Positions 11,136-23,336 of a stretch of 36,670 bases of DNA are shown here, in pieces. Every line of letters begins with the position of its first letter. The stretch's first letter is position 1. The notes under the pieces are model-generated. The model was given only the letters and a program-made list of their open reading frames with translations. It did not search any database and was not told the DNA's origin. The stretch lies in assembly GCF_001194135.2 (NCBI RefSeq), contig NC_068989.1, forward strand, positions 15,859,054-15,895,723. The letters are read 5' to 3'. Both the position numbers and the translations under genes were made by a program. Source of the DNA: Octopus bimaculoides (lineage: Eukaryota).

Positions 11136-13076
11136 ATACATATACGCACGTGTGTATGTGTGTGTATAGTTAAAAATAATATATAGCAGAAAGATGAGAT
11201 AAAAGAAAGAACAGCGTGTATTAGGTTTAAGCTTAGAAAAAATAGAAGGAAAAGTCTTTTAAGTTTCAAGCACACGTTCTTCCACAGGAAGAATAGACGA
11301 GGAGAGAGAAAAAAATGGAGAGAGAGAGATCAAACGTGTCTCAGTTAAAAAGTCACCTCATGATGAAACGACCGAAAGAGATCACCTGGTGTGAGTGGCA
11401 AACTGGACAGCTGTGGGCGACGACTTCAGGCAAGTTGGCGTGGGGTACAGCTGTGAACTTGGCATAAGTTTGTGCGCATGTGCGTGTAAGTTCATGTATG
11501 AAACTAAAGTGTGCGTATATGCTCTGTGTTTGAAAGCGCGTGTATATGTGTATGAGGCTGTCTGATGTCTGTGTGTATATGAACGTGTATACATGAATAA
11601 ACTGTGTTTATACTTGTTTGCACGTTCCTGTCCTTGTTTTCTGTTTATATATGTATATCTATAAGATTAACAGTCATATGTTTTGCGCATGCACGTGTGT
11701 GTATATGAAACTATAGTGTGCGTGTGTAAATGTGTGTATGAGTGTGTTGTTTTCTGTGTGTGCCTCTGTTTATGAGGATGTTATGTGCATCATACTAAAT
11801 AAATGTGCTAGGTGAGATAGAGCTGACAAAAGTAGATGTTGGGAAGTGTATGTGTAATATACACTTGCTACTATAAGAGTGTAGCACGGGGATCTGTAAT
11901 GGAGTAGTAGGGGCAAATGTGTGTGTGTGTAGATAGGCGTGTATTCTGGTTGAACGTACTGATGTGTATTGTGTTGGATAATGAGTTCAATGGTATAATG
12001 TAGGTGAGTGGTACAGTGGGAATGAAAGATGAAAGAGGTGGGTGGTGTGTGAAGGAAGGGTTAAAATGAAAAGTGGTAAAGACTTTAGACCCTGAGGGAC
12101 TGAAATATTGAGTAAGAAAATTAATTCCTGCCATAGATAGAGACTTGGGCAAGGCCAGTCGGAAATTTTATTATGAAGCACAACAATTAACCAATTCTTA
12201 ATATATAGATGGGAGACAAAGAGAAATCATTTCAGTGTTTTCATATATTTCAGGAACAGCTTATATTCATGATTAATACGACATACTTTCGAAAATCACC
12301 ACATAGCAATTATCATCTATAACAATAATATTCAGCTGCCCGAAAATTTTTCAGCTACAAAACAAATTCTATTGTGATACAGACGAAAATATAGATTTAT
12401 TGATATTTTGGTTGTCTATATTATCAGTTAACCTTTTCATCAGATATACATGTGTGTTTGTAAGTGTATGCGTAAACATATACGTACATTTGTATGTGTG
12501 TGGGGGGATGTGCGTGTGTATGATATATAGTATATGTAATATACGTGTGTGAATGTATGTGTCTATGTGTATGTGTATGTGTATGTAAGCATAATAAATA
12601 TGTGCTCGATAAAAAGTAATTCTGCAGTTTAATTTCATATTTATTATAATTCTACATAAAAGCAAATATATATATATATATATANNNNNNNNNNNNNNNN
12701 NNNNNNNNNNNNNNNNNNNNNNNNNNNNNNNNNNNNNNNNNNNNNNNNNNNNNNNNNNNNNNNNNNNNNNNNNNNNNNNNNNNNNNNNNNNNNNNNNNNN
12801 NNNNNNNNNNNNNNNNNNNNNNNNNNNNNNNNNNNNNNNNNNNNNNNNNNNNNNNNNNNNNNNNNNNNNNNNNNNNNNNNNNNNNNNNNNNNNNNNNNNN
12901 NNNNNNNNNNNNNNNNNNNNNNNNNNNNNNNNNNNNNNNNNNNNNNNNNNNNNNNNNNNNNNNNNNNNNNNNNNNNNNNNNNNNNNNNNNNNNNNNNNNN
13001 NNNNNNNNNNNNNNNNNNNNNNNNNNNNNNNNNNNNNNNNNNNNNNNNNNNNNNNNNNNNNNNNNNNNNNNNNNNN

Positions 13077-13113
<37 letters not shown>

Positions 13114-13127
13114 CATATATATATATA

Positions 13128-13367
13128 TATATATAATTATAATAAGGGCAAAAAGAAATTTTTTCCTTGCCAATATGCTGAAAAATAGACGCTAAATCGT
13201 CTAACCACAAAATATTTTCACTTATATTATTATTGTATTCACTTACATTATTATTGTAATAATATAAGTGAAAATATTTAATGTGGTTAGACGATTTAGC
13301 GTCAAATTTTCAGCAAATTGGCAAATATGTTTTTCTTTTTGCCCTAATTTTATAATTGTATATATAA
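13128..13367. repeat. About 240-bp imperfect palindrome (foldback)
   Basis: Core GACGCTAAATCGTCTAACCACA-AAATATTTTCACTTATATTATTA mirrored by TAATAATATAAGTGAAAATATTT-AATGTGGTTAGACGATTTAGCGTC; homology continues out to TATAATTATA..AGGGCAAAA / TTTTGCCCT..TATAATTGTATA. Confidence 0.88.
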
Positions 13368-14830
13368 TTTTCAGCTAATTGTATATATAATTTTCAGCTA
13401 AAGTTAAAATGAGAAAAACGTTCCGAAAAATAATTCCTTTTAACATTACTGCAGTTTAGCAAAACGAAATTACAGACTGTAAGTTGTTGAACTTAAGAAA
13501 ACACGAAGCTGATAGAATTATATGTTGCCAATGCCTTGTTAATACGATCATAAGCTTTGATATATTCTTATTCAAGTATTAATTCAAAATTACTTTCCTC
13601 TCGCTAGATTTCCTTGATGACTCTAAGCAATAAAGAGTGGATTATGGATATTTTTCTATCGAAAGCTTAGTGCCGTCTCTCCAGAAATTTGGGTTAGATC
13701 GGATTCAACTCGACTGTAAACCTTGTGTACTAAGTGTGCTGCTGAACTCTGTTTCCGAATATAGGAGTCGATGTCTCATCAGACAGTGAAGCAGCTCTGT
13801 TAGTGTTTCGGCCCCCTTCCACCTCCACACCAAAACTGCCTGGGTTCATCCGCTAATATAGGTGACAAAACGCCAGCAGAACAGCGTCCGCCCTGTTGAG
13901 TCAGATGTTGCGGCTCTGGGTCAGATGTTTTTACCATCCCCAATGCTTGTTCTTGCTACACCATTCGTCCTCTTTCTTGAACCAGATATAATGGCTTGTT
14001 TTCTTACAATTTTCAGGTAACATCTTTTCTCTCTTTAGCAACTAGTTCAAAACTCCTGAGCCTCGAGTTAATCTTGGTTTCAACAACACTAACGCCTACA
14101 TCTACAAAAAGGCATATTGCTTTCATCCATTCTTTATATCCATCCACTGTTCATATCTAGTGACCAACTTCAACGAAAATGCCGAATTATGTCTTTCGAA
14201 ATATTTCAAAAACACACATTTCACTGTATCCATTTCTTCTCCTTGTGAGCCCACAAATTCATTAGATGTATTGTACACTGCTTGNNNNNNNNNNNNNNNN
14301 NNNNNNNNNNNNNNNNNNNNNNNNNNNNNNNNNNNNNNNNNNNNNNNNNNNNNNNNNNNNNGTTCAAACCCTAAAGCCCCGAGCTGTTTGATCAAGAAAT
14401 TACTTACTGGTTTGAAATGGAAACCTTTTAATCTGAAATGCTGAATTCTGGAGAGCATAATTTTGGTAACAGTTTAATGTTTAGCAAAACATTGGAATAT
14501 GTTTACTGCCATGAAGAAGAAAAGAGATCTAACGTTTCAGACGTCCATCGTTTTTCGTTGAGAGAAAACAAACTGTCTGATTTTGCGTGTGGTGTGTGTA
14601 TATAAGTGTGTATATTGTGTGCGCGTGTGCATGTGTGTCTGTGTGTCTGTGTGCGTGTTTGTGTGTGTGTATGTGTGTCTGTTCGAGCGTGTGTATGTGT
14701 GTGCGCGCGCATGTGTACGTGTGTGTGTGTATGCGAGTGCGTGCGTGTGTATGTGTGTGTGCGTGTGTATGTGCGCGCGTGTTAACTTTTAAATGAGCTT
14801 AATTTTTGAGCAATATCAAAAACATAAGAA

Positions 14831-15200
14831 AATATTTGAAAGGATGAAACGAGTTCGACTGTTACCAGGGAACGAAATTGAAAATTCCGTGTGTAACGCT
14901 TTAAACAAGCCCAATTGTGGAACGAATTCGGGTGCATAACTGAATATTTAAAAGGATAAAAGAAGTTCGGCCGTTATCTCAGCTGTAGAACGAAATCGAA
15001 GATGTAATCGAATGTTGCATTTTAAATCAGCTGAACTATGGGACGAAATCGGTGACATCATCGAAATATTTAAAAGGCTCAATCTGGTTAACTATGGAAC
15101 GAAATCTTTAGCATAATAGAACGATTTCGAGTGTTACACATTAAACAACCTTAATTATGAAACAAAATCGGAACTATAAGCGAATGAAACAAAATTACGA
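14831..15200. repeat. Degenerate tandem array, about 112-122-bp period with about 55-60-bp subrepeat
   Basis: AATATTT(G/A)AAAGG recurs at 14831, 14943 and 15065; GGAACGAAATCG-like motif recurs about 8 times. Confidence 0.72.
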
Positions 15201-15317
15201 AAATTTGTAAAATTTTGTCCGTTTTGCTTTAGTTTACAAGATTCTTGATATGAAATCACGTGAAACAGATTTTTTTCTTTTTCTTTTTGCATCGTGGAAG
15301 GTTCATTATACCAATAA

Positions 15318-15533
15318 ATCCTTTCTGTTACAAGCCCAAGACCTGAAAGTTTGAGGGGAGGGGACTAGTCGATTACATCAACCCCAGTGTTTCACTGGTA
15401 CTGAATTTATCGACCCCGAAAGGATGAAAGGCAAAGTCGGCCTTGGCGGAATTTGAACCCAAAACGTGAAGACAGACGAAATACCGCTAAGCATTTTGTC
15501 CGGCATGCTAACGATTCTGTCAGCTCACCGCCG
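15318..15533 (-). mobile_element. SINE family B (Meta-like), tail variant 2, with 15-bp TSD
   Basis: Reverse complement matches the family B head and core; flanked by identical TCATTATACCAATAA at 15303-15317 and 15534-15548. Confidence 0.93.
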
Positions 15534-16012
15534 TCATTATACCAATAATAAACATATGAAGTGGTTCTATTTCACTTCTAAATTATTTTTTAATTGGTTT
15601 GCTATTTAGCTCATTAACTAATCGACTGTCTTATTAACGATTTGGTTAATCACATTAAAGAGGTCGCGAATGTCGACGAAAGGAGTGACAAACATGACTG
15701 AATGATTGATTAATCGAATGATTAACCAAACAATGGATTAGTTGGTTGGTTTAATACTTAACCAATTAACGATTAATGAAGAAATGAAATGGAACTAGTG
15801 TGGGTGTTTATTATTAGCATAATGATCCTCCCGAGATACAAAAAATAATCGTAAGTTTATACATCAAAATAAGAACATTTATAAAGCGTGGAATTTCACT
15901 GAGCCTGCTGCTTTTTATTACCATCATTTGAACTGGAACAGCACTAGACACCGTTTCTGGATTCAGTTGTGTCACATCCTTGGAAACATCTATTGAATAC
16001 TACCACAAACTA

Positions 16013-16448
16013 TGGCTGTGTGGTTAAGACAGGTGTAGGAAACGCTCTGGGGCTAAGACGTTCACTGTTAACCTAGGTAGTTTCATGTTCAGTCCCACTG
16101 CGCGGCACCAGGGTGAGTGTCTTCTACTATAGCCCCAGACTGACTAATGCCTTGTGAATGGATTTGGTAGACGGAAACTGTAAGGAAAGCTGTCGTATAT
16201 TTATACAATAAATGTGTGTGTGCATGTATGTGTGTGTGAGTCTTTGTGGTTGTGTTGTGCTTGTTCCCGGCAACTGCTTGACAACCGGTGCTGGTTTGTT
16301 TGAGTTCTTACAACTTAGCGGTTCGGCAAAATGGTCCAGTAGAATAACTTAAAAATAAGAACTCGGATCCATTTGTTCGACCAAACCTCCCTTCAAGGTG
16401 ATGCCCCAGCGTGACCGCAGCCCAGTCACTGAAACAAATAAAAGTAAA
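16013..16448 (+). mobile_element. tRNA-derived SINE family C (CORE-like segment, internal TA/TG microsatellite, 3' tail)
   Basis: Head TGGCTGTGTGGT...GTTCAGTCCC; CORE-like GGCACCAGGGTGAGTGTCTTCTACTATAGCC (compare MIR GTGACCTTGGGCAAGT); homologous to pieces at 17085-17322 and 17725-17892. Confidence 0.82.
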
Positions 16449-16476
16449 ACAGGTGATAAAAATAAAAGTAAAATAA

Positions 16477-16707
16477 GGCAGCGAGATGGCAGAAACGTTA
16501 GCACGTCGGGCGAAATGCTTAGCGATATTTCGTCTGCCGCTACGTTCTGAATTCAAATTCCGCCGAGGTCGACTTTGCCTTTCATCCTTTCGGAGTCGAT
16601 TAAATAAGTACCAGTTACGTACTGGGGTCGATGTAATCGACTTAATCCGTTTGTCTGTCCATGTTTGTCCCCTCTGTGTGTAGCCTCTTGTGGGCAGTAA
16701 AGAAATA
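16477..16707 (+). mobile_element. SINE family B (Meta-like), tail variant 1, with TSD
   Basis: Near-identical to 23337-23567; flanked by AATAAAAGTAAAA at 16461-16473 and 16711-16723. Confidence 0.93.
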
Positions 16708-17084
16708 ACAAATAAAAGTAAAAGAGAAAAGAATGCTGAAATCGAATAATAGTTTGACAGCTTTTGACAAAAGCTATATTTTTGAAATCATTTTTAATAC
16801 TAATTTCAGATTATGATTATGTCAATTTCAGATTTCAGATTATGTCAACATCATTTGACACGGATTTACAAAGAAAGAGCCCTTACAACACATAACACAA
16901 TACGAGAAGTAGAATTTTATTGGAAAATACGAAGTCACATTTATACAATTTAATAAAGAATTGTATAAAGTTACAGACTAATTTACGCGTCACGCATAAC
17001 AATCAAATACTTTAGTTCTAGATGCACTATTCGTAAACTGATGTTGATTGGTTGATTGATTGATCGATCAAGACAGACATGGCA

Positions 17085-17322
17085 TTCTTTTATTCTTCTA
17101 TTCTTTTATTTGTTTCAGTCACTTGACTGCGGCCATGCTGCAGCACCGCCTTTAGTCGAACAAATCGACCCCCAGGACTTATTCTTTGTAAGCCTAGTAT
17201 TTATTCTATCGGTCTTTTTTTCCGAACCGCTAAGGTACGGGGACGTAAACACATCAACGTCGGTTGTCAAGCGATGGTGGGGAGGGGGGAAAACACATAT
17301 ACACAAACATATACATATGTAT
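17085..17322 (-). mobile_element. SINE family C, 3' half
   Basis: Reverse complement matches 16250-16445 (CTTGACAACCG...CTTAGCGGTTCGG...GCTGCAGCATGGCCGCAGTC...CTGAAACAAATAAAAG); runs into a gap. Confidence 0.88.
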
Positions 17323-17724
17323 NNNNNNNNNNNNNNNNNNNNNNNNNNNNNNNNNNNNNNNNNNNNNNNNNNNNNNNNNNNNNNNNNNNNNNNNNNNNNN
17401 NNNNNNNNNNNNNNNNNNNNNNNNNNNNNNNNNNNNNNNNNNNNNNNNTATATATATATATATATATATATATGCGAGTAAAAATAAATACAAAAAAGGT
17501 GGGGTTTTTTGTATGATTGTGTATAGAGGAATATATTATTTTGCTTAAAAGAGTTCCAACACTGTCTGTTTTTTATGTTTTATTTATATTCCTGCAGAAC
17601 TAATGTGGAGTATAGAATATGGAATATACAATATATAATATGATATACAATATACAATATAAAATAAAATAAAATAAAAATGGATGGCACCATGAAAGAA
17701 AGTATTGAATGTAGATGAAATATT

Positions 17725-17892
17725 ATATATATACAACGGGCTTCTTTCAGTTTCCGTCTACCAAATCCGCTCATAAGGCTTTGATTGGCCCGAGGCTATA
17801 GTAGAAGACACTTACCCAAGGTGCCACGCAGTGGGACTGAACCCAGAACCATGTGGTTGGTAAGCAAGTTACTTACCACACAGCTACTCCTG
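17725..17892 (-). mobile_element. SINE family C, 5' half (tRNA head and CORE-like segment)
   Basis: Reverse complement reads CAGGAGTAGCTGTGTGGTAAG...GGGTTCAGTCCCACTGCGTGGCACCTTGGGTAAGTGTCTTCTACTATAGCCTCGGG...GGTAGACGGAAACTGAAAGAAGCCCG. Confidence 0.88.
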
Positions 17893-18231
17893 TTGCTATG
17901 TATGGTACATAACAATATTAGCGAAAAGCGTAGTTAAATTTCCATTCAATCTCTGGTGCTTAAATAAGTGACTGTATTAAATAATGTAACCCTACAGGAC
18001 CCAAGAAAAAGGAGATGGTCATAACTGGATCAGTCATATAACTGTTCAGTCAGAGTTAACCCAGAGTTAAGTATCAACAGCAACAAAAACAACAACAAAC
18101 CCAAACCGTTATGGAACGCTGTTTCGAAGAGGAGATTTATTTACTATTTTTATCGTCTCGTGTGTCTGTTCATATGCTATTTCTAGTCTGAAGAAGTTGT
18201 TACATGGGAAGGAAGCTCTGATATGAGACTG

Positions 18232-18232
18232 T

Positions 18233-18282
<50 letters not shown>

Positions 18283-18298
18283 TGCAGCAGCAATAGTA
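18232..18298. repeat. (TAG)n microsatellite
   Basis: Direct reading. Confidence 0.95.
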
Positions 18299-18979
18299 AT
18301 ATCAGTTGAATGGTTCCATGTTGCCTGTTTTCTTTTAGCACATGTACATATAAAACGTATAAGCATTTGAACTGCAATACATTAACACTCGTTAATTATG
18401 TATGCTGGATATAGGACATAATTTCGAATGCAAATTGTGTATTTGGGGCATAATTACTATAATTATATGTAATAATGAATGTTAATTATATATACTGGAT
18501 CTACAGCCCTGTTATGATAACGAACTGAATTTCGTATAATGTGAAAATTGCTTCTAAATTCCCGCAGGAAGATGAGTTCTTAGTGTGAGAGCTTATATCC
18601 TGTGTTATTGCGTTCAGCGAATGATTGATGAGACTTCTTCAAGATATGGAACCAGTTTACTGTATCGGACATTCTCAGATGATTTGGTGGTTCTTATCCT
18701 TGAGAGCTAGGTAAATTAAGTTCCTGCAGAATAAAGTGTTTTATCTCAGATGATCGATTGGTAGAATGGTGGGAGCACAAATACCTTGCATTTTCTTTCT
18801 ACAGTCAACATATTTACTGACAGCAGCAGCAATGACAGCAAACAGACAACGAGAGCCCCTCCACGGTGGCTGCTCGACAACCTGGAAACAACAGCTAAAT
18901 TTCTTTCAAACCGTATCTTAACATCTTAATAAAATCTGTATTATATTAATATATTCCTAAATCTGCAATGCAAATTGCA

Positions 18980-19110
18980 TGGAGTTGCTAGAGTGTGTGA
19001 CAAAATAACACTCTACTTTCTGAGTTCAAATCCTACCAATTTAAAATGTGATTTCTATCTCTCTTGGGTCGATTAAATAAAGTACCAGTCACGTATTGGA
19101 ATCGATTTCT
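18980..19110 (+). mobile_element. Old degenerate SINE family B fragment
   Basis: TTCTGAGTTCAAATCC...GGGTCGATTAAATAAAGTACCAGTCACGTATTGG recognisable. Confidence 0.62.
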
Positions 19111-19469
19111 CTTTCTCACTTTTAGACTCGTCTCATTCGTCTGAGTATTGATCGCTTAGTTGTCACTCAAGTGTAGATGCCAGTTACTCTTAAATAAAAG
19201 AGACGACGGAGTTGAGCTCAGAGATAGCAAACTCTTCTCATGAAAACTAGCTTGTTACAGAAATCGTCCAAAGATAATTTTTGCAACCCAGAGATAAATA
19301 TGACGAGCGTTGACCGATTGATGTATGATACCGCACGATAAGATACTATGAACCTAGAGGTGCTGAGATGTGTTGTAAATCACGTGAACGTTTTTGCTGC
19401 TTTCCGTTGACACATAACGGAACTTATAAATTTATATTACACACAGTCCAATGAAAGAACTATGACTGA

Positions 19470-19650
19470 GTTGCTGAATGTTTTAGAAATAACAGCTAAA
19501 TCTCTCTCGGATTACAAGATACTACTTTTTAAAAGACGAAAGACATCTTAGATAGTTTTGTCTGAGGTAAACTATGTTTGAAAATACGGAATGGTCATTA
19601 CTGGAATGCTTTTGATGAAAGGCCTCTAAGACCAGGATTGACTCAGTGCT
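19470..19650 (+). repeat. Degenerate dispersed-repeat fragment (same family as 2035-2120)
   Basis: TAGAAATAACAGCTAAATCTCTCTC...GGAATGGTCATTACTGGAATGCTTTTGAT; related text at about 17990-18090 and 18850-18930. Confidence 0.5.
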
Positions 19651-20094
19651 AAACAATAACAATGACAGTAACTTGTTCATTATACAAGGTTCTTGCTTCT
19701 TCCAGCAGTAAATTGCGCGTACAAGCGGAACCTATTCTGCAATTGAGTTTACTGATAATTTGCCTTGACTGTAAACGCAGCACAAAATTTTGACACGAGA
19801 TACGAATCACCGAATCTTCAGCAGTAATCTGACACCATTTCAACTCCAATAACTGCTAAGATAATGTTAATACCCAAACGTTTCTAAGAACATTGATTTC
19901 ATTCGGTTATTTTCAATCTACTGCTGAACAGATCCTAAACATTTAGTTGCCAGCTGATGGATTGGACGAGGTGCTTTAGTCTTTGAACGATCAACAAAGG
20001 CCATTGGCTATTGGCGTAATCTGAGCCCAGAATGCAAAGAATTGGAATAGATAACGCATTGCATCTCATCTGAGATTCTAACAATTCTACCTAT

Positions 20095-20238
20095 TTATTT
20101 TCCTGGAATAGAACTTTATTTACCGACCCCAAAAGGGATGACACACATAACTGAGTTTGATGAAATTTGAAATTAGGACATACATAGCCGCAACGGATAA
20201 CATCCAAGGTTCTAACGTCTCGGCCAGTTTACCACCTT
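20095..20238 (-). mobile_element. Old degenerate SINE family B fragment
   Basis: TTTATTTACCGACCCCAAAAGGGATGA...AATTTGAA...TTCTAACGTCTCGGCCAGTTTACCACC resembles the reverse complement of family B. Confidence 0.55.
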
Positions 20239-20524
20239 AAACTATTCAACAATTTGCCGCTTTTAAACTTTAACTCTAAACGGTTTATATCATAGGCACA
20301 GGGACATTTGTTTTAGAAATAAGAGTACGGCAGCTCATATTAACCCCATAATTTGACTGTTACTTCATAAAGCGAGCAAACACAGATAAAATGCCATCTG
20401 GAAATCGTTATACTCACATGAACAGAGATACGCTCACGTATATATATATGTATGTGTGTGTGCGACTGTACTCATATATACATACATACATACATACATA
20501 CATACATACATACATACATACATA

Positions 20525-20872
20525 AGTAGTTGTCCGAAAATTCCATCACGGTATTATCTACCGATCAGACATGACATTGTAGCTAGGACACTCTTTAATG
20601 AAATCCGTCGGAAGGATAATCCCGACGACAAAGAAATAAAAAAGACCACAATATGGTAGAATCCATAGCCACTCATAATAAAAAGGAATACTGGTGGAAT
20701 GTATCAGTGAAGACCTCAATAAAATGTAAGTACAACAGACCTGATATAATGATTTGGGATAGAGTTGTGGAAATTAGCTACCCAGCGGATGTTAACATAA
20801 AGCTGAAGATCAGTGAAAAAGAGAACACCTATGCTGAACTATTGAGAAATCAGCAGTTACTCTATCGAGATT
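20525..20872 (+). mobile_element. Non-LTR retrotransposon fragment, restriction-like endonuclease (RLE) region, copy 1
   Basis: SCPKIPSRYYLPIRHDIVAR (end of CCHC knuckle plus RHD motif), then KEYWWNVSVKTSIKCKYNRPDIMIWD..VVEISYPADVNIKLKISEKENTY (PD-(D/E)xK core); frameshifted. Confidence 0.85.
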
Positions 20873-21052
20873 TACATACATTCGTACATACATACATTCG
20901 TACTTACATACAAAAATACCCTGTTGTTGATGTTGAAATTCCAATGAAGGAGCCTTGGTTCTAGATTAGTTACCGGCTCTTTCTCTATTGGCAAGAAATC
21001 TTGAAATAAAACTGAACAATGACATACATACATACATAAATACATACATACA

Positions 21053-21530
21053 ACTACCTCCCTATGCGGCACGATGTTGTTGCTAAAATAATTTACAATG
21101 CAAAAAAGACTGTCCTGAAATGAACTTAGAGAATCTCTTTGTTATGGAATACATTCATAAACACCAACTCAAGGAATACTGGTGGAATATTCCCATCAAA
21201 ACTTCTGTCAAATATAAACATAACAGGCTGGATATTGTTGTTTGGGACACACGGCAAAGCTATGTACCATCGCAGAGATCAGCTGTCCTGCAAATATGTG
21301 TCTTTGAAAATCAAAGAAAAAGAGGATATCTATGGACAACTGCCTCGAAACCGGTAGCTTCTATATCCAGACTATGAATTCATATTTATACCAATAATAA
21401 TTGGAGCACTAGGTTTGTTAGTAAATACTTAAAGGAGAATTTGGATAAACTAGGATTTTCAGAAAGAGAAATCGACCTAGCAATCTGTGAGTGGAACAGT
21501 AAAAGTCTGCAAGACTTTTCTCAAGTTGCA
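21053..21530 (+). mobile_element. Non-LTR retrotransposon fragment, RLE region, copy 2
   Basis: YLPMRHDVVAKIIYNA...KEYWWNIPIKTSVKYKHNRLDIVVWD-LCTIAEISCPAN-KIKEKEDIYGQL-LLYPDYEFIFIPIIIGALG; several frameshifts. Confidence 0.85.
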
Positions 21531-21940
21531 AACGTGAATTTGTCTGTGTTAACTATATCCCAAAGATGGAGCTTTGTATCTTTGTTAGAAAGCGGCTCCC
21601 TCCTCAGTGGAAGATTTATTTAATTAAAAAATAGTGAGACATATATACATACAATCTGGATAAGCAAGAGTTTTGAGAACAAGAAATCAACCAACTAATC
21701 GTATATTACAAATACAATCAGTAAATGAATAGTAAAAAACGTTAAAGACTTTCTCAATTCCAGAGCCTTATACTAATACATCTATTTGTTTTCAACACCA
21801 CCTGTCTTCTTCTATTGTTTTCTTTTGTGAATTCTCCCTATATATATATACACAAATATATACATACGTATATATGTATACATGTATACACATACACACA
21901 CATACGTATACATATACATATTGATACATATGTGTATGTA

Positions 21941-21971
<31 letters not shown>

Positions 21972-23336
21972 ATCCTTCTTGTGAAACTAAACTGGTGTAA
22001 TTAGATTCTTGGGAGATTTATCTCCAGTCAACAACGAAGCTAGCGCTAACTATCTGTCGTCAAGAACCTCTTGAGAGTGTGTTTCATCGGAATATCTGTC
22101 ACATTCTAATCTTTGTTAAGTGACAGCTTGAATCTCGTAAGGCTCTCATTTATTTTCCGGATGTCATAAAGTAAAAAGAAAAAACATTTTTCACTGTATG
22201 AATTTCAAAATTTTGTCAACCGTTTGTTCGTGTCGACAACGATGATTATGCTGTTGATTAGCCTAGGCAGGATTTGATTTAATAGATATATGATCAAAGA
22301 TAATACATTATACTTGTTTTTTTTATTAAAATGGCAATGTACAATATGATGAAAATGTAACAGCTATTTTCAGATGGTCGAGTAACCACGTAGTGACCCT
22401 CACGTTGTCTATTTCTAATCAATGCTGCTGTTGTTGTTGTTGTTGGTAAATATGTGAACTTCACAAGAGAAAAAAACAAATGGAAAAAGTAACAAGAACT
22501 GAAAATTACATTCTCGCGTGACATTTCAGAATTAAGTATTATGTCATTATCCCAACACTGCAGAGCGTTGGTGGTGGTAGTGNNNNNNNNNNNNNNNNNN
22601 NNNNNNNNNNNNNNNNNNNNNNNNNNNNNNNNNNNNNNNNNNNGGTGGTGGTGGTGGTGGTGGTGGTGGTGACAAATTCTCACACACGATTGCAAAACGC
22701 TGAGGAGTTTCTTAAACGACAAGTACTTCGTTAACGCAAACACACACGCTCTGCCTGTCTGACTGTCTGTTTATCTCTCTCACGTGCGCGTGTACACTTT
22801 CTATCGCTCTTTCCTTCTCCGCCACTCTTTTCTCTCTGTACACACATACATGCTTGCATGCATACATATTTATCTGTGTACGCTTACGTGTAACAAAAAA
22901 TACGTCAAACACATCACAGACACAAATGCATGTAAATTTTATTGAAAATCTCAACGAAACTCAATGCAGAAGTCGAACGAAAAAATCTAACCGAACACGA
23001 ACGGAAATTCTCCAAATAAAACAAACAGCAATTGTTAACACTTGACAGTTGAATCTAAATGACAGCAAACAAACTCTAAACAACAATTATGCTCAAAAAC
23101 TATTGCACAGGTACAACGTACACACAACAAAATAAATACACAGCGATGAACCAGATAGCAGGGGTGAACACTAACAGACAAAAGGGAAAGGGCAAATACA
23201 GATACACATACAAATAAGATGCAAAATGAAAGATAGGAGCATGATGGACAAATTTGCACAAAGAGACTGAGAGGCGCGCAGAAAGGCATTATTTGCATAT
23301 ACTCTAACACGCAAAGACACACATCTGTAGATTTAA

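Noticed and set aside
12369-13210. Long ORFs of 173-247 aa
   Set aside because: Mostly N-gap and dinucleotide repeats.
13760-13790. CTGATGAG...GGAAAC on the minus strand as a hammerhead
   Set aside because: No convincing stem II or closing pair and no stem I.
14831-15200. CRISPR-like array
   Set aside because: Eukaryotic context, degenerate repeats, and the spacers are themselves homologous; it is a tandem repeat.
18568-18710. AG/GT-bounded plus-strand segment
   Set aside because: Stops in all three frames from the acceptor; at most a non-coding pseudo-exon.
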